A stretch of DNA of 64,000 bases from NCBI GenBank assembly GCA_047150005.1, contig AP038806.1:3520001-3584000 (forward strand), given 5' to 3'. This document shows, one piece after another, positions 50,990-59,617 of the stretch (the first letter of the stretch is position 1; the number at the start of each line of letters is the position of its first letter). The notes under the pieces were generated by a model. It saw nothing but the letters and a program-made list of their open reading frames with translations. It was not told the DNA's origin and did no database searches. The translations under genes and the position numbers were made by a program. This stretch comes from Nitrospira sp. GTDB taxonomy: Bacteria > Nitrospirota > Nitrospiria > Nitrospirales > Nitrospiraceae.

Positions 50990-51081
50990 GATGGACCTCC
51001 CCTTGATCTCTCTATTTCTTAAGATCGCTCTTGTATCTCCTTTGAGGAACATCCTTTGCCAAGATCTTGTGCAATGACTTT

Positions 51082-51468
51082 TCATTGTCCAGACCGACAG
51101 GAGCAGATAAGAAGATTGAGGCTTGTCGTGCGAGCCGTACTCGGCATTACTTGCTTCGACAGTGCCGGCTCCTGAGGGGGCAGGGGAGGCGGCGGAGAGG
51201 CCGTCTGTCCGAGACAAAACTTCTCCCGTTTGCAGGGTTGCGGCTGCGCCATCTGATTGCAGTTGTCCTGGCCGACGCACAGACAGACTCCTGATCCGCA
51301 TGAGTAGGGAGGGGCCGTCACGACCCCCCTTTGTAGACCTCGCTCCTGCACATCAGATGCTTCTCCGGAAGAGTCTTGCTCGTCGGCAAAAGCGGAATCC
51401 ATACCAGCGGGTTCGAGGAAACACAGTACCGCTGCGAGCGTGCAAATCGTCCATCTCTGGCTATTCAT
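51082..51468 (-). CDS. Small Cys-rich exported protein
   Basis: Signal peptide ending AFA, acidic spacer, DVQERG, 6-Cys core. Confidence 0.65.
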   Translation of the reverse strand: MNSQRWTICTLAAVLCFLEPAGMDSAFADEQDSSGEASDVQERGLQRGVVTAPPYSCGSGVCLCVGQDNCNQMAQPQPCKREKFCLGQTASPPPPLPPQEPALSKQVMPSTARTTSLNLLICSCRSGQ

Positions 51469-51587
51469 GTTCTGCTCCAATTTCACGCGCACTTCAGTTA
51501 CTGATGACAATTATGAGATGTCACCTCTGTCCTTGACGGGAGCCAAATCACAGCAGACCGGCGGAGAGGACACCCTGTTGCCTGTGT

Positions 51588-53147
51588 CTATGGACACGTC
51601 GATGTCAATCTGCTGTAGAGTTCGTCTAAGTTGACCCGCTCGGTTCGGTCATCAAGTACGATCGTTTGACCCAAGTTATTCTTCATTTCTTTGGACCAAC
51701 CTCTTGGAACACTGCCGTGCCGATATCCACGGGCTTTCAGGTCGGAAGCATATCGGTTCCTGAGATACGTCATGCTGAAGGCACCCAGGCCGCTGAAGTA
51801 GTGCGCCGTCAGGTGAGCTGGATCGAGGGCCATCTCACCGACATAGGAAGCCCCGTCGTTCTGATCATCCCAGCCCCATGGAGGATGAGGGGAGTCGGTG
51901 GAGCAGGTGACGGTGATGCCCGAGCCGCAGCCGCCTCCGCCATCGCCCTTGATGGCGCCCCATTTGGCGAAAGTCGCAGCCTGGCTGCGTGACAGAGGAG
52001 CCTCGTCGAGTTGACGCGGCCACAACCCTCCAGGTCCAAAAAACTCGAGCAACATATAATCGACATGCCGGTCATTGCCCGACGTGGGAATTTCAGCCCT
52101 CGTCCGGGAAGGAAAATAAATAATGCCGTCTTCGTTCGCCTTCCCGTGAAAATCAGAGGTGTAAGGAAAGGCCTTCAACCCATGCCCCTTCGCCTGTTGA
52201 ACGGTCAGCGGCCGCCACACGCCCTCGTACTGCTGCATCGTAATCGTGCCGTCGATGTTCTCGTGTCCGTTCTGCAGCGGGCTGCCGGGAGGGGTAAATG
52301 AAAAGAAATCCAAATGATAGACGGTGATCATGCCCTCCAGTTTGCCGTAGGGCGTGCGGTCTTTGCGCACGATCAACAGCAGACCTTCCATGTCGTTCTC
52401 ATGTTCCTGATCCGCCGCGCTGTCGGTCCAGTCCCGCGGGTGAAAGAACCCATAGACGATGTACCAATGAGTGCAGGTTTCGACCACGGAATAGTAGGCA
52501 TGAGCGGCCAATGGAAATGCGGCGAGGTGCTCCCAGTTGTCCGTCGCAATCATGTTCCGGTCATAATCGAAATTGGTGATGTAATCAGCGCGGTAGTTCG
52601 AACTGTCCGTGTCTTGATAATGGATCGGTGCGTGGTGGAAGGCCAAATCGAAATCACTGGGCGGTCGATAGCCTCCGACGATGGGAACCTGCAAGACCGC
52701 CGCATGAATCTGCGAGGCGGTGGCCAGCGCCATCTTCGCCCCCCGCGGGCGGGTGCCGGAGAGTGAGCCGGCGGCATCCAGGGCTTGGCCGTTCGGCTGC
52801 AACAGCACGAGGTGTACAACATCCTGATCCTCGCCGGGTAACGTCACGGCAAACGGCGCGTCGATAGTCTCGCTGTGGGTTGTCGTTTGTGCCTCGACCA
52901 ACAGCGACTCTCGACCTTCCGCGGTGAGGGTCAGTCGGGAATCCGCCGCCTCAACCTGATATGTCCCGGCATCGGCAACGACATCGGCGTCTGATCCGAT
53001 GAAGTGAACTGGTTGCTTCAGTAGCACTGTGGGCGCTGCTTCAGCCGGCGAGGAGAGTCCGATGAAGATGCACCAGGCGACTGAAACACGTATGACGATA
53101 TCTCTTGCAGAACGAACAGATAGGCTTTCCATCGCAGATCTCCTCAT
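51588..53147 (-). CDS. Exported protein with shared N-terminal pro-like domain and a C-terminal domain carrying an HENDMEG motif (NPP1/Vps62-like, tentative)
   Basis: Signal peptide AEA; APIHYQ, YYSVVET..HWYIVYGFFHPRDW, HENDMEG. Confidence 0.7.
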   Translation of the reverse strand: MRRSAMESLSVRSARDIVIRVSVAWCIFIGLSSPAEAAPTVLLKQPVHFIGSDADVVADAGTYQVEAADSRLTLTAEGRESLLVEAQTTTHSETIDAPFAVTLPGEDQDVVHLVLLQPNGQALDAAGSLSGTRPRGAKMALATASQIHAAVLQVPIVGGYRPPSDFDLAFHHAPIHYQDTDSSNYRADYITNFDYDRNMIATDNWEHLAAFPLAAHAYYSVVETCTHWYIVYGFFHPRDWTDSAADQEHENDMEGLLLIVRKDRTPYGKLEGMITVYHLDFFSFTPPGSPLQNGHENIDGTITMQQYEGVWRPLTVQQAKGHGLKAFPYTSDFHGKANEDGIIYFPSRTRAEIPTSGNDRHVDYMLLEFFGPGGLWPRQLDEAPLSRSQAATFAKWGAIKGDGGGGCGSGITVTCSTDSPHPPWGWDDQNDGASYVGEMALDPAHLTAHYFSGLGAFSMTYLRNRYASDLKARGYRHGSVPRGWSKEMKNNLGQTIVLDDRTERVNLDELYSRLTSTCP

Positions 53148-53217
53148 GAACCTCTTTTCAAGGAAATCAGTATGTCCATCTTCCCGGTTTCCCCTGAATG
53201 GATTGCGTCGCCTCCTG

Positions 53218-54318
53218 TTAGAATTGCTGGATCAGCATTTCGGCAGGAGTGAAAGCACTCTGGCCGATGGAAAAGAAGTACGATTCAAGGAGCCCCTGCG
53301 GGAAATATTCCACGGTGATGTAGTGCTGAGTTCCGGAGCCGCCGGCCCAGGCTTGGACAAAGTGATAATTGCCTCCATAGAAGTTGTATCGATAGAGCTT
53401 CGCATTCGCTCCGCCAACCCCATAGACGTCGATGATGTAGTAACCGGGTGGCCCCGGATAGTTGAGTGCCACCTTGATCTGATGGCTTGGCACGGTGGAA
53501 GTAGGGTTGGAAGGGGTGGGGGCAGACGGGATCTTTACGAGAAGCGGAGGAGGAGTGAGTTGATAGCTTGTCGTCCCTGAGAACGTTGTGGTGACCGAGG
53601 CGCTATACAAGTTCATGTAAGCCCCGGCATAGTTCGTACCGGTCGGAGGCGGGACATAGAGATTCTGTGGGGTCAGTCTGATGGATACAGGCACTACCGC
53701 ATTGGCGATTGTGGCGGCAAAGGGATTCATCAGGTCCCACAAGACCGAGAGAAGTGATGTCGGCTCTCTCAAGGGCACTGCACCCCCTCGCTGGGGTTGG
53801 GCTCCCTGCGCCTTGAGGGCCTTCGATCGGATGCCCGGATCGGGATGGGTCAGGAGGAGTTGACGCAGTTGCGCGGAGTCGAGGCGGCCTTGTTGAATCC
53901 GGCTTAGTAGGATTTGCGCTTCTTGGCGCTCGATCTGACTCTCGGGAGGTTCCCCGCCGGCAGGTTGGCCGGATCGAGGTTGGCCGGATACGGCTTGCGC
54001 TGCCTTGTTCCGGATTCCTGGATCCGGATGGGCGATGAGCATCTGTCGCAGTTGAGCCGGCGTCTGCCGTCCCTGTTGGATGGCCCGAGCCGCCTGGTCA
54101 GTCTGGGTTCGCTCGGTCAAGGCTTCGGGTGGTTCCGCGTTGGCCAGCCCTCGCTCTTGGATTCCACCCTCAGCCGGGCGTGCCTTCTCCTCGGTAATCG
54201 CGATGGAAGATTCGAGTAACTCGGCTCCTGTCTCAAGCGTCAATGGACCCACGCCAATTCCGGTAACGGCTCCCACCACCATGAGGAGCCATGCATGGTT
54301 GAGAGATATCTGTCTCAT
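53218..54318 (-). CDS. Hypothetical exported protein with a duplicated helical repeat
   Basis: GGAGGA RBS, hydrophobic leader, IQQGR...QLRQ.L..HPDPGIR.KA twice. Confidence 0.7.
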   Translation of the reverse strand: MRQISLNHAWLLMVVGAVTGIGVGPLTLETGAELLESSIAITEEKARPAEGGIQERGLANAEPPEALTERTQTDQAARAIQQGRQTPAQLRQMLIAHPDPGIRNKAAQAVSGQPRSGQPAGGEPPESQIERQEAQILLSRIQQGRLDSAQLRQLLLTHPDPGIRSKALKAQGAQPQRGGAVPLREPTSLLSVLWDLMNPFAATIANAVVPVSIRLTPQNLYVPPPTGTNYAGAYMNLYSASVTTTFSGTTSYQLTPPPLLVKIPSAPTPSNPTSTVPSHQIKVALNYPGPPGYYIIDVYGVGGANAKLYRYNFYGGNYHFVQAWAGGSGTQHYITVEYFPQGLLESYFFSIGQSAFTPAEMLIQQF

Positions 54319-54361
54319 GGCTCTTCCTCCACCGGATCGTTTGCCAACAGAAATGGTTTCA

Positions 54362-54940
54362 CTACTCTCCGGAAATGGTTCCTTTCGGATATGCGCAAGT
54401 TCCGGTGCAGGTATCGACGTCTCCTTTGTGACAGGTGGAGGTCTTTCCATCCTTGGATGTGACCGAGCAGCTTCCGTTGCCGCTTTCACATGAGCAATTC
54501 ATCATCACATTGCCCGGCTCTGAGGTCAGCGCGGCTGACTCGTTATCCTGCTTAGAGGGCTCTCCTTCGACTCCGCGTCCTATGACAGAAAGCTTCGCGT
54601 TCGGAATGGTGCTCAGCATCGCCCTGGTCCCACCAGCCACATCACCGGTACAAAACTTTGTCGTCCCAGCTCTTGTAGCTCCATCAGGAGCTGTGAGCGT
54701 ACAGGCTCTATTGTTATAGGCTCCGCATGGAACCCCCGCCGTATTCTGAATGTCGAGGAGCAATTCACCAAAGCCCGTTACAGGATCCTGACAGGCACAT
54801 CCACACACATTGTAGATCGTGTCCTTTTTGGCCCTGGCGAGACTGTCGTCCGGTGCAACGATGGTCAACGTGAGTCCGACGATCAACGCCAGAAGGATTC
54901 TGGAAACCTGCCCCTTCTCCTGTCGCCTGGGGAACATCAT
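54362..54940 (-). CDS. Cys-rich exported protein with two disulfide-rich modules
   Basis: GAGGA RBS, signal peptide, two 6-Cys modules separated by IGRGVEGE. Confidence 0.75.
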   Translation of the reverse strand: MMFPRRQEKGQVSRILLALIVGLTLTIVAPDDSLARAKKDTIYNVCGCACQDPVTGFGELLLDIQNTAGVPCGAYNNRACTLTAPDGATRAGTTKFCTGDVAGGTRAMLSTIPNAKLSVIGRGVEGEPSKQDNESAALTSEPGNVMMNCSCESGNGSCSVTSKDGKTSTCHKGDVDTCTGTCAYPKGTISGE

Positions 54941-54963
54941 GATTGTCCTCCGTTCGTTTCCTC

Positions 54964-55056
54964 TCACTTCCCGTTTACCGCTCGCGCAATCAGTTCCTTT
55001 AATCCGTTCACATCCAGGGCACCCGGTACGAGTTCTGTGCCGACGATGAAGCCCGG
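54964..55056 (-). pseudogene. C-terminal remnant of a dsbA-like gene
   Basis: PGFIVGTELVPGALDVNGLKELIARAVNGK* matches the end of the DsbA protein at 56332. Confidence 0.8.
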
Positions 55057-55130
55057 GACCACGCCTTGGTGTCTGACACCGTATTGCTCTCCAAGATGCA
55101 TCCAGAAATAGAGCGACGCACTGGTGCTCT

Positions 55131-56273
55131 CTAGCGCGTCTGGAGAGTGGGATACAGTAGCAAATTCTTAGCTCGCCAATACTTGAACCTCCCCTTGCAG
55201 GAGTCATTCTCCGCCTTTCTGACTCCTGTTACCCACTGGCCCCCGGTTGGGGTGGCCAGGAGGTCACCTATAGCCAGGGGCTGCGAAAAACCTGGTGGAT
55301 CCCAGAAAATATCCAAATTACGTTTGATGGTGGACAATGCTTCTACCCACCCAGGATCGTCATCAACAAATGTGAAACTCTCCTGGTGCAGCGGCTGTGA
55401 CCAGCTTACTTCGGATCGCACCCAGGTAAATTCTGGGACCTGCGTCGTGTCCGGAACAATTGCTGTGGACCACCCCCTATGGGAGTAAGATCTAGCATCC
55501 GGCAGCGCCCACACTAACCGGATCTCGGTCTGACCTGCCGTGTCGCAAAAATTGAGTAGCGTGAACTCGAAACGGCCCATGGCTACGTCATAGAGCGGAT
55601 CGAGATTGGCCTGCCATTTCATGCGATAAATCCCAACTTCCCCGGCGCTCGGTTCCGTGAGCGTAATGGCGATGTCCATCGCACGAGGTTTGCCGTCCCC
55701 TTCCCTGTCATTGTAGAGAAAACGGTTTCCCGTGCCGCCAGCATACGATTGCTTCGTTTGCCCAATGCCTGTCGGGGACGTGTAAATGATCCCGATATCA
55801 ACCGGTCGGGTGACGGATAGGTTTGGCGGGAGTGTCACTAACGTCGTCAGACTCTTGTGATTCAGTCGTAGCGCGTTCGCAATCAGAGTGAGATTGGGAG
55901 TCGAGGCTTGATACCGATCGGGTGGCAGGACCGTACCGGGCGTTGGCGCGGTAATCCCAGGAACAGGAATTTTCGTGGCCGGCGCCGGCGTCGTGCCTGA
56001 TGGAGCCGGGAACGTCCCTTGAGGCAATTGAAATTGACGGAAGACACCACGTTCCTGCACATCCCCGGCGTCTGCAGGTTGCAGCATATCAGATGGCTGA
56101 TGCTGCTCCTCTTGCGCGGGGGCAGGAGTTGGTGGTTCGGGTAAGGCGGAGTCGGGAATAATTGGCCGGGGTGCCGGTTCGTCGGCGAAGGTATCGTGCA
56201 CTGGTGCGGTGGTCAGGACGATGGCCGTGGTCAACAGCATAGCAAGCCGTAGCGTGATGCGTTCCATGGGCAC
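55131..56273 (-). CDS. Hypothetical exported protein (paralog family A, diverged copy 3)
   Basis: TPNLT.I.NA, LPPNL.VT.PV, D.EGDG.PR.M and PLYDV motifs shared with copies 1 and 2. Confidence 0.75.
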   Translation of the reverse strand: MPMERITLRLAMLLTTAIVLTTAPVHDTFADEPAPRPIIPDSALPEPPTPAPAQEEQHQPSDMLQPADAGDVQERGVFRQFQLPQGTFPAPSGTTPAPATKIPVPGITAPTPGTVLPPDRYQASTPNLTLIANALRLNHKSLTTLVTLPPNLSVTRPVDIGIIYTSPTGIGQTKQSYAGGTGNRFLYNDREGDGKPRAMDIAITLTEPSAGEVGIYRMKWQANLDPLYDVAMGRFEFTLLNFCDTAGQTEIRLVWALPDARSYSHRGWSTAIVPDTTQVPEFTWVRSEVSWSQPLHQESFTFVDDDPGWVEALSTIKRNLDIFWDPPGFSQPLAIGDLLATPTGGQWVTGVRKAENDSCKGRFKYWRAKNLLLYPTLQTR

Positions 56274-56331
56274 CTCCTGCGGGATAGGATGATGTCGCTC
56301 TCCTATTCTTGTGTATTTCTTCGTGCTTCAG

Positions 56332-57099
56332 TCATGGCCGCGCACCTGCCCGGGCGATCAATTCTTTCAATCCCTTCACATCCAGCGCCCCAGGGACGAG
56401 TTCCGTGCCGACGATGAAGCCAGGCGTTCCGGAGATGCCGAGTTCCCGAGCCAACACGCGATTGCGATCGATCACGGTCTGCCACTCCGGGTTGGCCATA
56501 TCGGCTTCAAGACGTTTCTGATCGAGGCCGACGTCGCCGGCAATGGCAAGAATCGTGTCCTTGTTCATCTCCGCTTTGGAAGCGAGCAACGCTTCGTGAA
56601 AGATCTGGTGTTTGCCTTGGACCCGCGATGCCAGCGCAGCCTTTGCGGCCAGTTCAGACGGCTCCCCCAGGATTGGAAAATCTTTGTACACGACGCGCAC
56701 GCGCGTATCTTCTTTCTGCAATTGCGTCACGGCAGCGGCAGCCCGCTTACAGTAGCCGCATTGGTAATCAAAAAATTCGACCAGCGTCACGTCGCCGTCA
56801 AGATTGCCGCTGACCGGAGAGGAAGGATCATGGAGTAAGTCGTTCTGGCGCTTCCGGATGGCGACCTTCTGACGCGCTTTTTCCTCAGCTTCCCGTTTGG
56901 CCTCCAGAGCCTGCAGCGACTGCTCGATGACTTCCGGGTGGGAACGGATGTACTGTTCGATGGCAGTGTCCAGGTTCCCGTTCGAGTGACGGGCCATGGA
57001 CGTGTTGTCCACAGATGAACAGCTCGCCTGACTCATCATCCCTGCGACTGCCAACAGGCAGAATGTCCATCGAAGCAGGACGGTACTCGGTTGTCTCAT
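56332..57099 (-). CDS. DsbA family thiol-disulfide oxidoreductase (Com1/BdbD-like)
   Basis: EFFDYQCGYCK, KDFPIL, GISGTPGF; signal/lipoprotein leader. Confidence 0.92.
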   Translation of the reverse strand: MRQPSTVLLRWTFCLLAVAGMMSQASCSSVDNTSMARHSNGNLDTAIEQYIRSHPEVIEQSLQALEAKREAEEKARQKVAIRKRQNDLLHDPSSPVSGNLDGDVTLVEFFDYQCGYCKRAAAAVTQLQKEDTRVRVVYKDFPILGEPSELAAKAALASRVQGKHQIFHEALLASKAEMNKDTILAIAGDVGLDQKRLEADMANPEWQTVIDRNRVLARELGISGTPGFIVGTELVPGALDVKGLKELIARAGARP

Positions 57100-57440
57100 T
57101 GATGCGGCTCCTCCATTGATGACTGACCAGACATTTGCGGTATCGGACATTGCGCGTCACGCACGGCCGCGGATTGGCGAACGAATCGGCTGAGCACAGG
57201 TGTCAGGGAAATTCTTGCTAAGGCCGGCTCATCGCATTCAGGCTCGGTTCTGGTATCGGATTCTGCGCTGCGTACCGACTCTGCTCCGTCGGTAGGACCG
57301 ATCGCACGTTCTGAATCCGCCTGCCCGCTCTCTTGTCCTATTGAGAAGAGTTCACGTGAATCGGCTCCGGCCCAGGACGTGGACGCGATCCACAGGACGC
57401 ACATGACGGCTACACTCGATGACAGAAGGTATCTCATCAC
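57096..57440 (-). CDS. Small exported hypothetical protein
   Basis: Signal peptide ending SWA; ATGA coupling to the dsbA-like gene. Confidence 0.6.
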   Translation of the reverse strand: MMRYLLSSSVAVMCVLWIASTSWAGADSRELFSIGQESGQADSERAIGPTDGAESVRSAESDTRTEPECDEPALARISLTPVLSRFVRQSAAVRDAQCPIPQMSGQSSMEEPHQ

Positions 57441-57483
57441 TCCTCGAACCGGCCTATTCCGGATGGTTGTTCATATTGCGTAG

Positions 57484-57509
57484 GTCGTCTGGACGACGCG
57501 CAAGGTTCA
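57484..57509 (-). promoter_or_regulatory. Candidate ECF promoter TGAACC-N16-CGAC
   Basis: Exact motif about 45 nt upstream of the ORF start at 57440. Confidence 0.7.
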
Positions 57510-57739
57510 ATGAGTTCGAGAATGATACGTGGAGGAGGACGGATGGCTCGATGGACGATCCGATACTCAAGGCAACCCTCCGTGCCGCTGAGCAGTGCGA
57601 CCCACCGATATGTCAGGCTGCAGGGAAGGGGAGAATACTGGGGAAAGAGGCGCGGGGTCAACAAGGAATCCGCATAAACCATTGCGTAGCACTCAGGGTA
57701 GGAAAAGTCTGAAATACGGAATTTTGGTCGCTAGCCTCG

Positions 57740-58207
57740 CTAGAATCGTCCCGCCGCCTTCTGTCCGAGCGCCTTCAGCTTCCCTTCATCCTCGACCGTT
57801 TCATGGACCGACAACTTGACCGTTACGGCGCCTTTCTTGATAAACAGATCTACGTAGTCGAGACCGTGCATCCCTCGATTCATAAAGGCCTCGTCGCCGA
57901 GTCCCTTGACCGGCACAGGCTTCTTGGCCTGCTTCCGTGCCCGGTCGATGCCGTCGGCGGGAAACACCCAGACTTCAAAAGCGTCCTTGCCGTTCGCAAA
58001 TTCGTAGTTGCACCAGGCGGCCCCCCCTTCCTTATCGGCTTTAGGGCTGCCTTTCAGCTTGCCGATGACCTGTTCCACCTCTGCTGTGGTTACGACATTG
58101 CAGGGATCGACAGCGGCTGGCGCCGCCTCGACACGCGAGCCCATCGTCAGCATCAGGTAGCCGCTGACTACCGCCGTCCCGAACGTTCGACACGATGTGT
58201 TCAACAT
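57740..58207 (-). CDS. Small exported protein (DPC..V...C.Y pattern, DUF3558-like)
   Basis: GGAGG RBS, signal peptide, VDPCNVVT...WCNY, PVKGLGDEAF. Confidence 0.7.
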   Translation of the reverse strand: MLNTSCRTFGTAVVSGYLMLTMGSRVEAAPAAVDPCNVVTTAEVEQVIGKLKGSPKADKEGGAAWCNYEFANGKDAFEVWVFPADGIDRARKQAKKPVPVKGLGDEAFMNRGMHGLDYVDLFIKKGAVTVKLSVHETVEDEGKLKALGQKAAGRF

Positions 58208-58226
58208 GAAAGGGCCTCCGTAATAG

Positions 58227-58385
58227 CCATTGCCCAACTATTTTCGGTGCCTTCTGAATCGCTTTGTTTGGAACAGCGACCACGAACTCCACTGGCTGAC
58301 TCCATTCGGTGAGTCGGGGCCACGCGACTTGGGCGCTGACGCGATAAGTTCCTGGCCCTGACCCCAAGTTTCCATCCAACCTCAT
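58227..58385 (-). pseudogene. C-terminal remnant of an exported FN3-like protein gene
   Basis: YRVSAQ...WSQPVEFVVAVPNKAIQKAPKIVGQ matches the gene end at 63932-64000. Confidence 0.7.
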
Positions 58386-59617
58386 GGTTTCTTCTCTTCT
58401 ATCTCCTTCTTCTCCAGTTCATCGACGCCGCGTGGGCGAATCATCAGGCTGCTCGAGCCGGTTCCTTGCGACGACGTTGTGGGTGGACGGACCATCATAG
58501 GAGCGGTTCCAGTATTCGGAGCAGGCGCTTGGGTGATCGGAGCGTTCAGCTTCGGCAACTGCACCATCGGTGGCGGCGCCTGCGCTTTCACCAACTCGAA
58601 CTGCACGGGGAAACTCCAGGGTCCGGATGCTGCTTTCATACTTGATCGCGCGCGCACTTGCCAGCGACCGAGGTATCCCGTCACTCGTTCTGCCACAGGA
58701 TAGCCCTGAAGCAGCTTCGGGGTGTCGACGGAGAACACGGTAAGGTAGGGGTAGGAGTCCCGCTGGTTCGGTGGCGCGTCAAGAAATCTGAGCTCCAACT
58801 CGGTGACGTTGGTCATGCCGATTTTCGGCAGCGTTGCCGTGACCACGAGCTGACCTTGTGGTACCCGATCGCCGACAGCCGGCTTCGTGATGACGAACAT
58901 ATCCTCGGGGATCCTCATATTTTTGGCTTGAGGAGACATTGTCACCGCAGGGGAGGGTGCTTGGACCAGAGGACCTGGCAGTTTCGTCACAGGTGCGCCG
59001 ACCTTCACGGGGAGCGGCCCACAGATCAGTCCGATCGCGTCGACATATTTCCCTGCGGGTCCACGAATGCCAATGCCAACCTCACCGGCAGGGCAGGCCT
59101 GGAGGCTTGGGTGCACATTAGAAAAGGGACCGCTTGTGACCACCTCCTCAGCATCGACGGGCTTTGCGCCGAAATCGAGGTTTCTCCCGGAGTTGCTCGC
59201 AACAGGTACAGTCAGTGAGGTGCAGAACATCGTGATGAACTCGACAAAGTGATTGTCCGATCGCAGGCGGATCGACCACGACTGGATGGCGTGATTGTCG
59301 GGTGATCCTCCCCCACAAGCCGTTTGACGTTCTTGCCCGCCTCCGCTGAATCCGAAGAATTGACCGACAGTCGGCGAGCCGAATATCCGCGAGCCCTTCA
59401 GCCATGGAGCACAGATCGGCGCGATGCGGTCCACCCACCCGCCGGCCCTGCCGGCCAAGCCGACGAGGTAGGACCCCGTGGGACAGACGGCCCTGAACTC
59501 TTGTCCTCCCAAGCTGCCATAGATGGGGAGATCGGTCGCGATGATGATGTCTGGGCAGAGGAGGGCGAGAGCAAGCGCCAAGCAAAGTACCGACCGGGTA
59601 GTACAGTGATGCGTCAC
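58382..59617 (-). CDS. Exported protein: jacalin-like (beta-prism) domain plus FN3-like domain
   Basis: GSLGG..F...CP.GSYLVGL.GRAG.WVD and CPAGEV..GIRG..GKYVDAIGLIC; C-terminal WQVRAR...GPWS. Confidence 0.75.
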   Translation of the reverse strand: MTHHCTTRSVLCLALALALLCPDIIIATDLPIYGSLGGQEFRAVCPTGSYLVGLAGRAGGWVDRIAPICAPWLKGSRIFGSPTVGQFFGFSGGGQERQTACGGGSPDNHAIQSWSIRLRSDNHFVEFITMFCTSLTVPVASNSGRNLDFGAKPVDAEEVVTSGPFSNVHPSLQACPAGEVGIGIRGPAGKYVDAIGLICGPLPVKVGAPVTKLPGPLVQAPSPAVTMSPQAKNMRIPEDMFVITKPAVGDRVPQGQLVVTATLPKIGMTNVTELELRFLDAPPNQRDSYPYLTVFSVDTPKLLQGYPVAERVTGYLGRWQVRARSSMKAASGPWSFPVQFELVKAQAPPPMVQLPKLNAPITQAPAPNTGTAPMMVRPPTTSSQGTGSSSLMIRPRGVDELEKKEIEEKKP

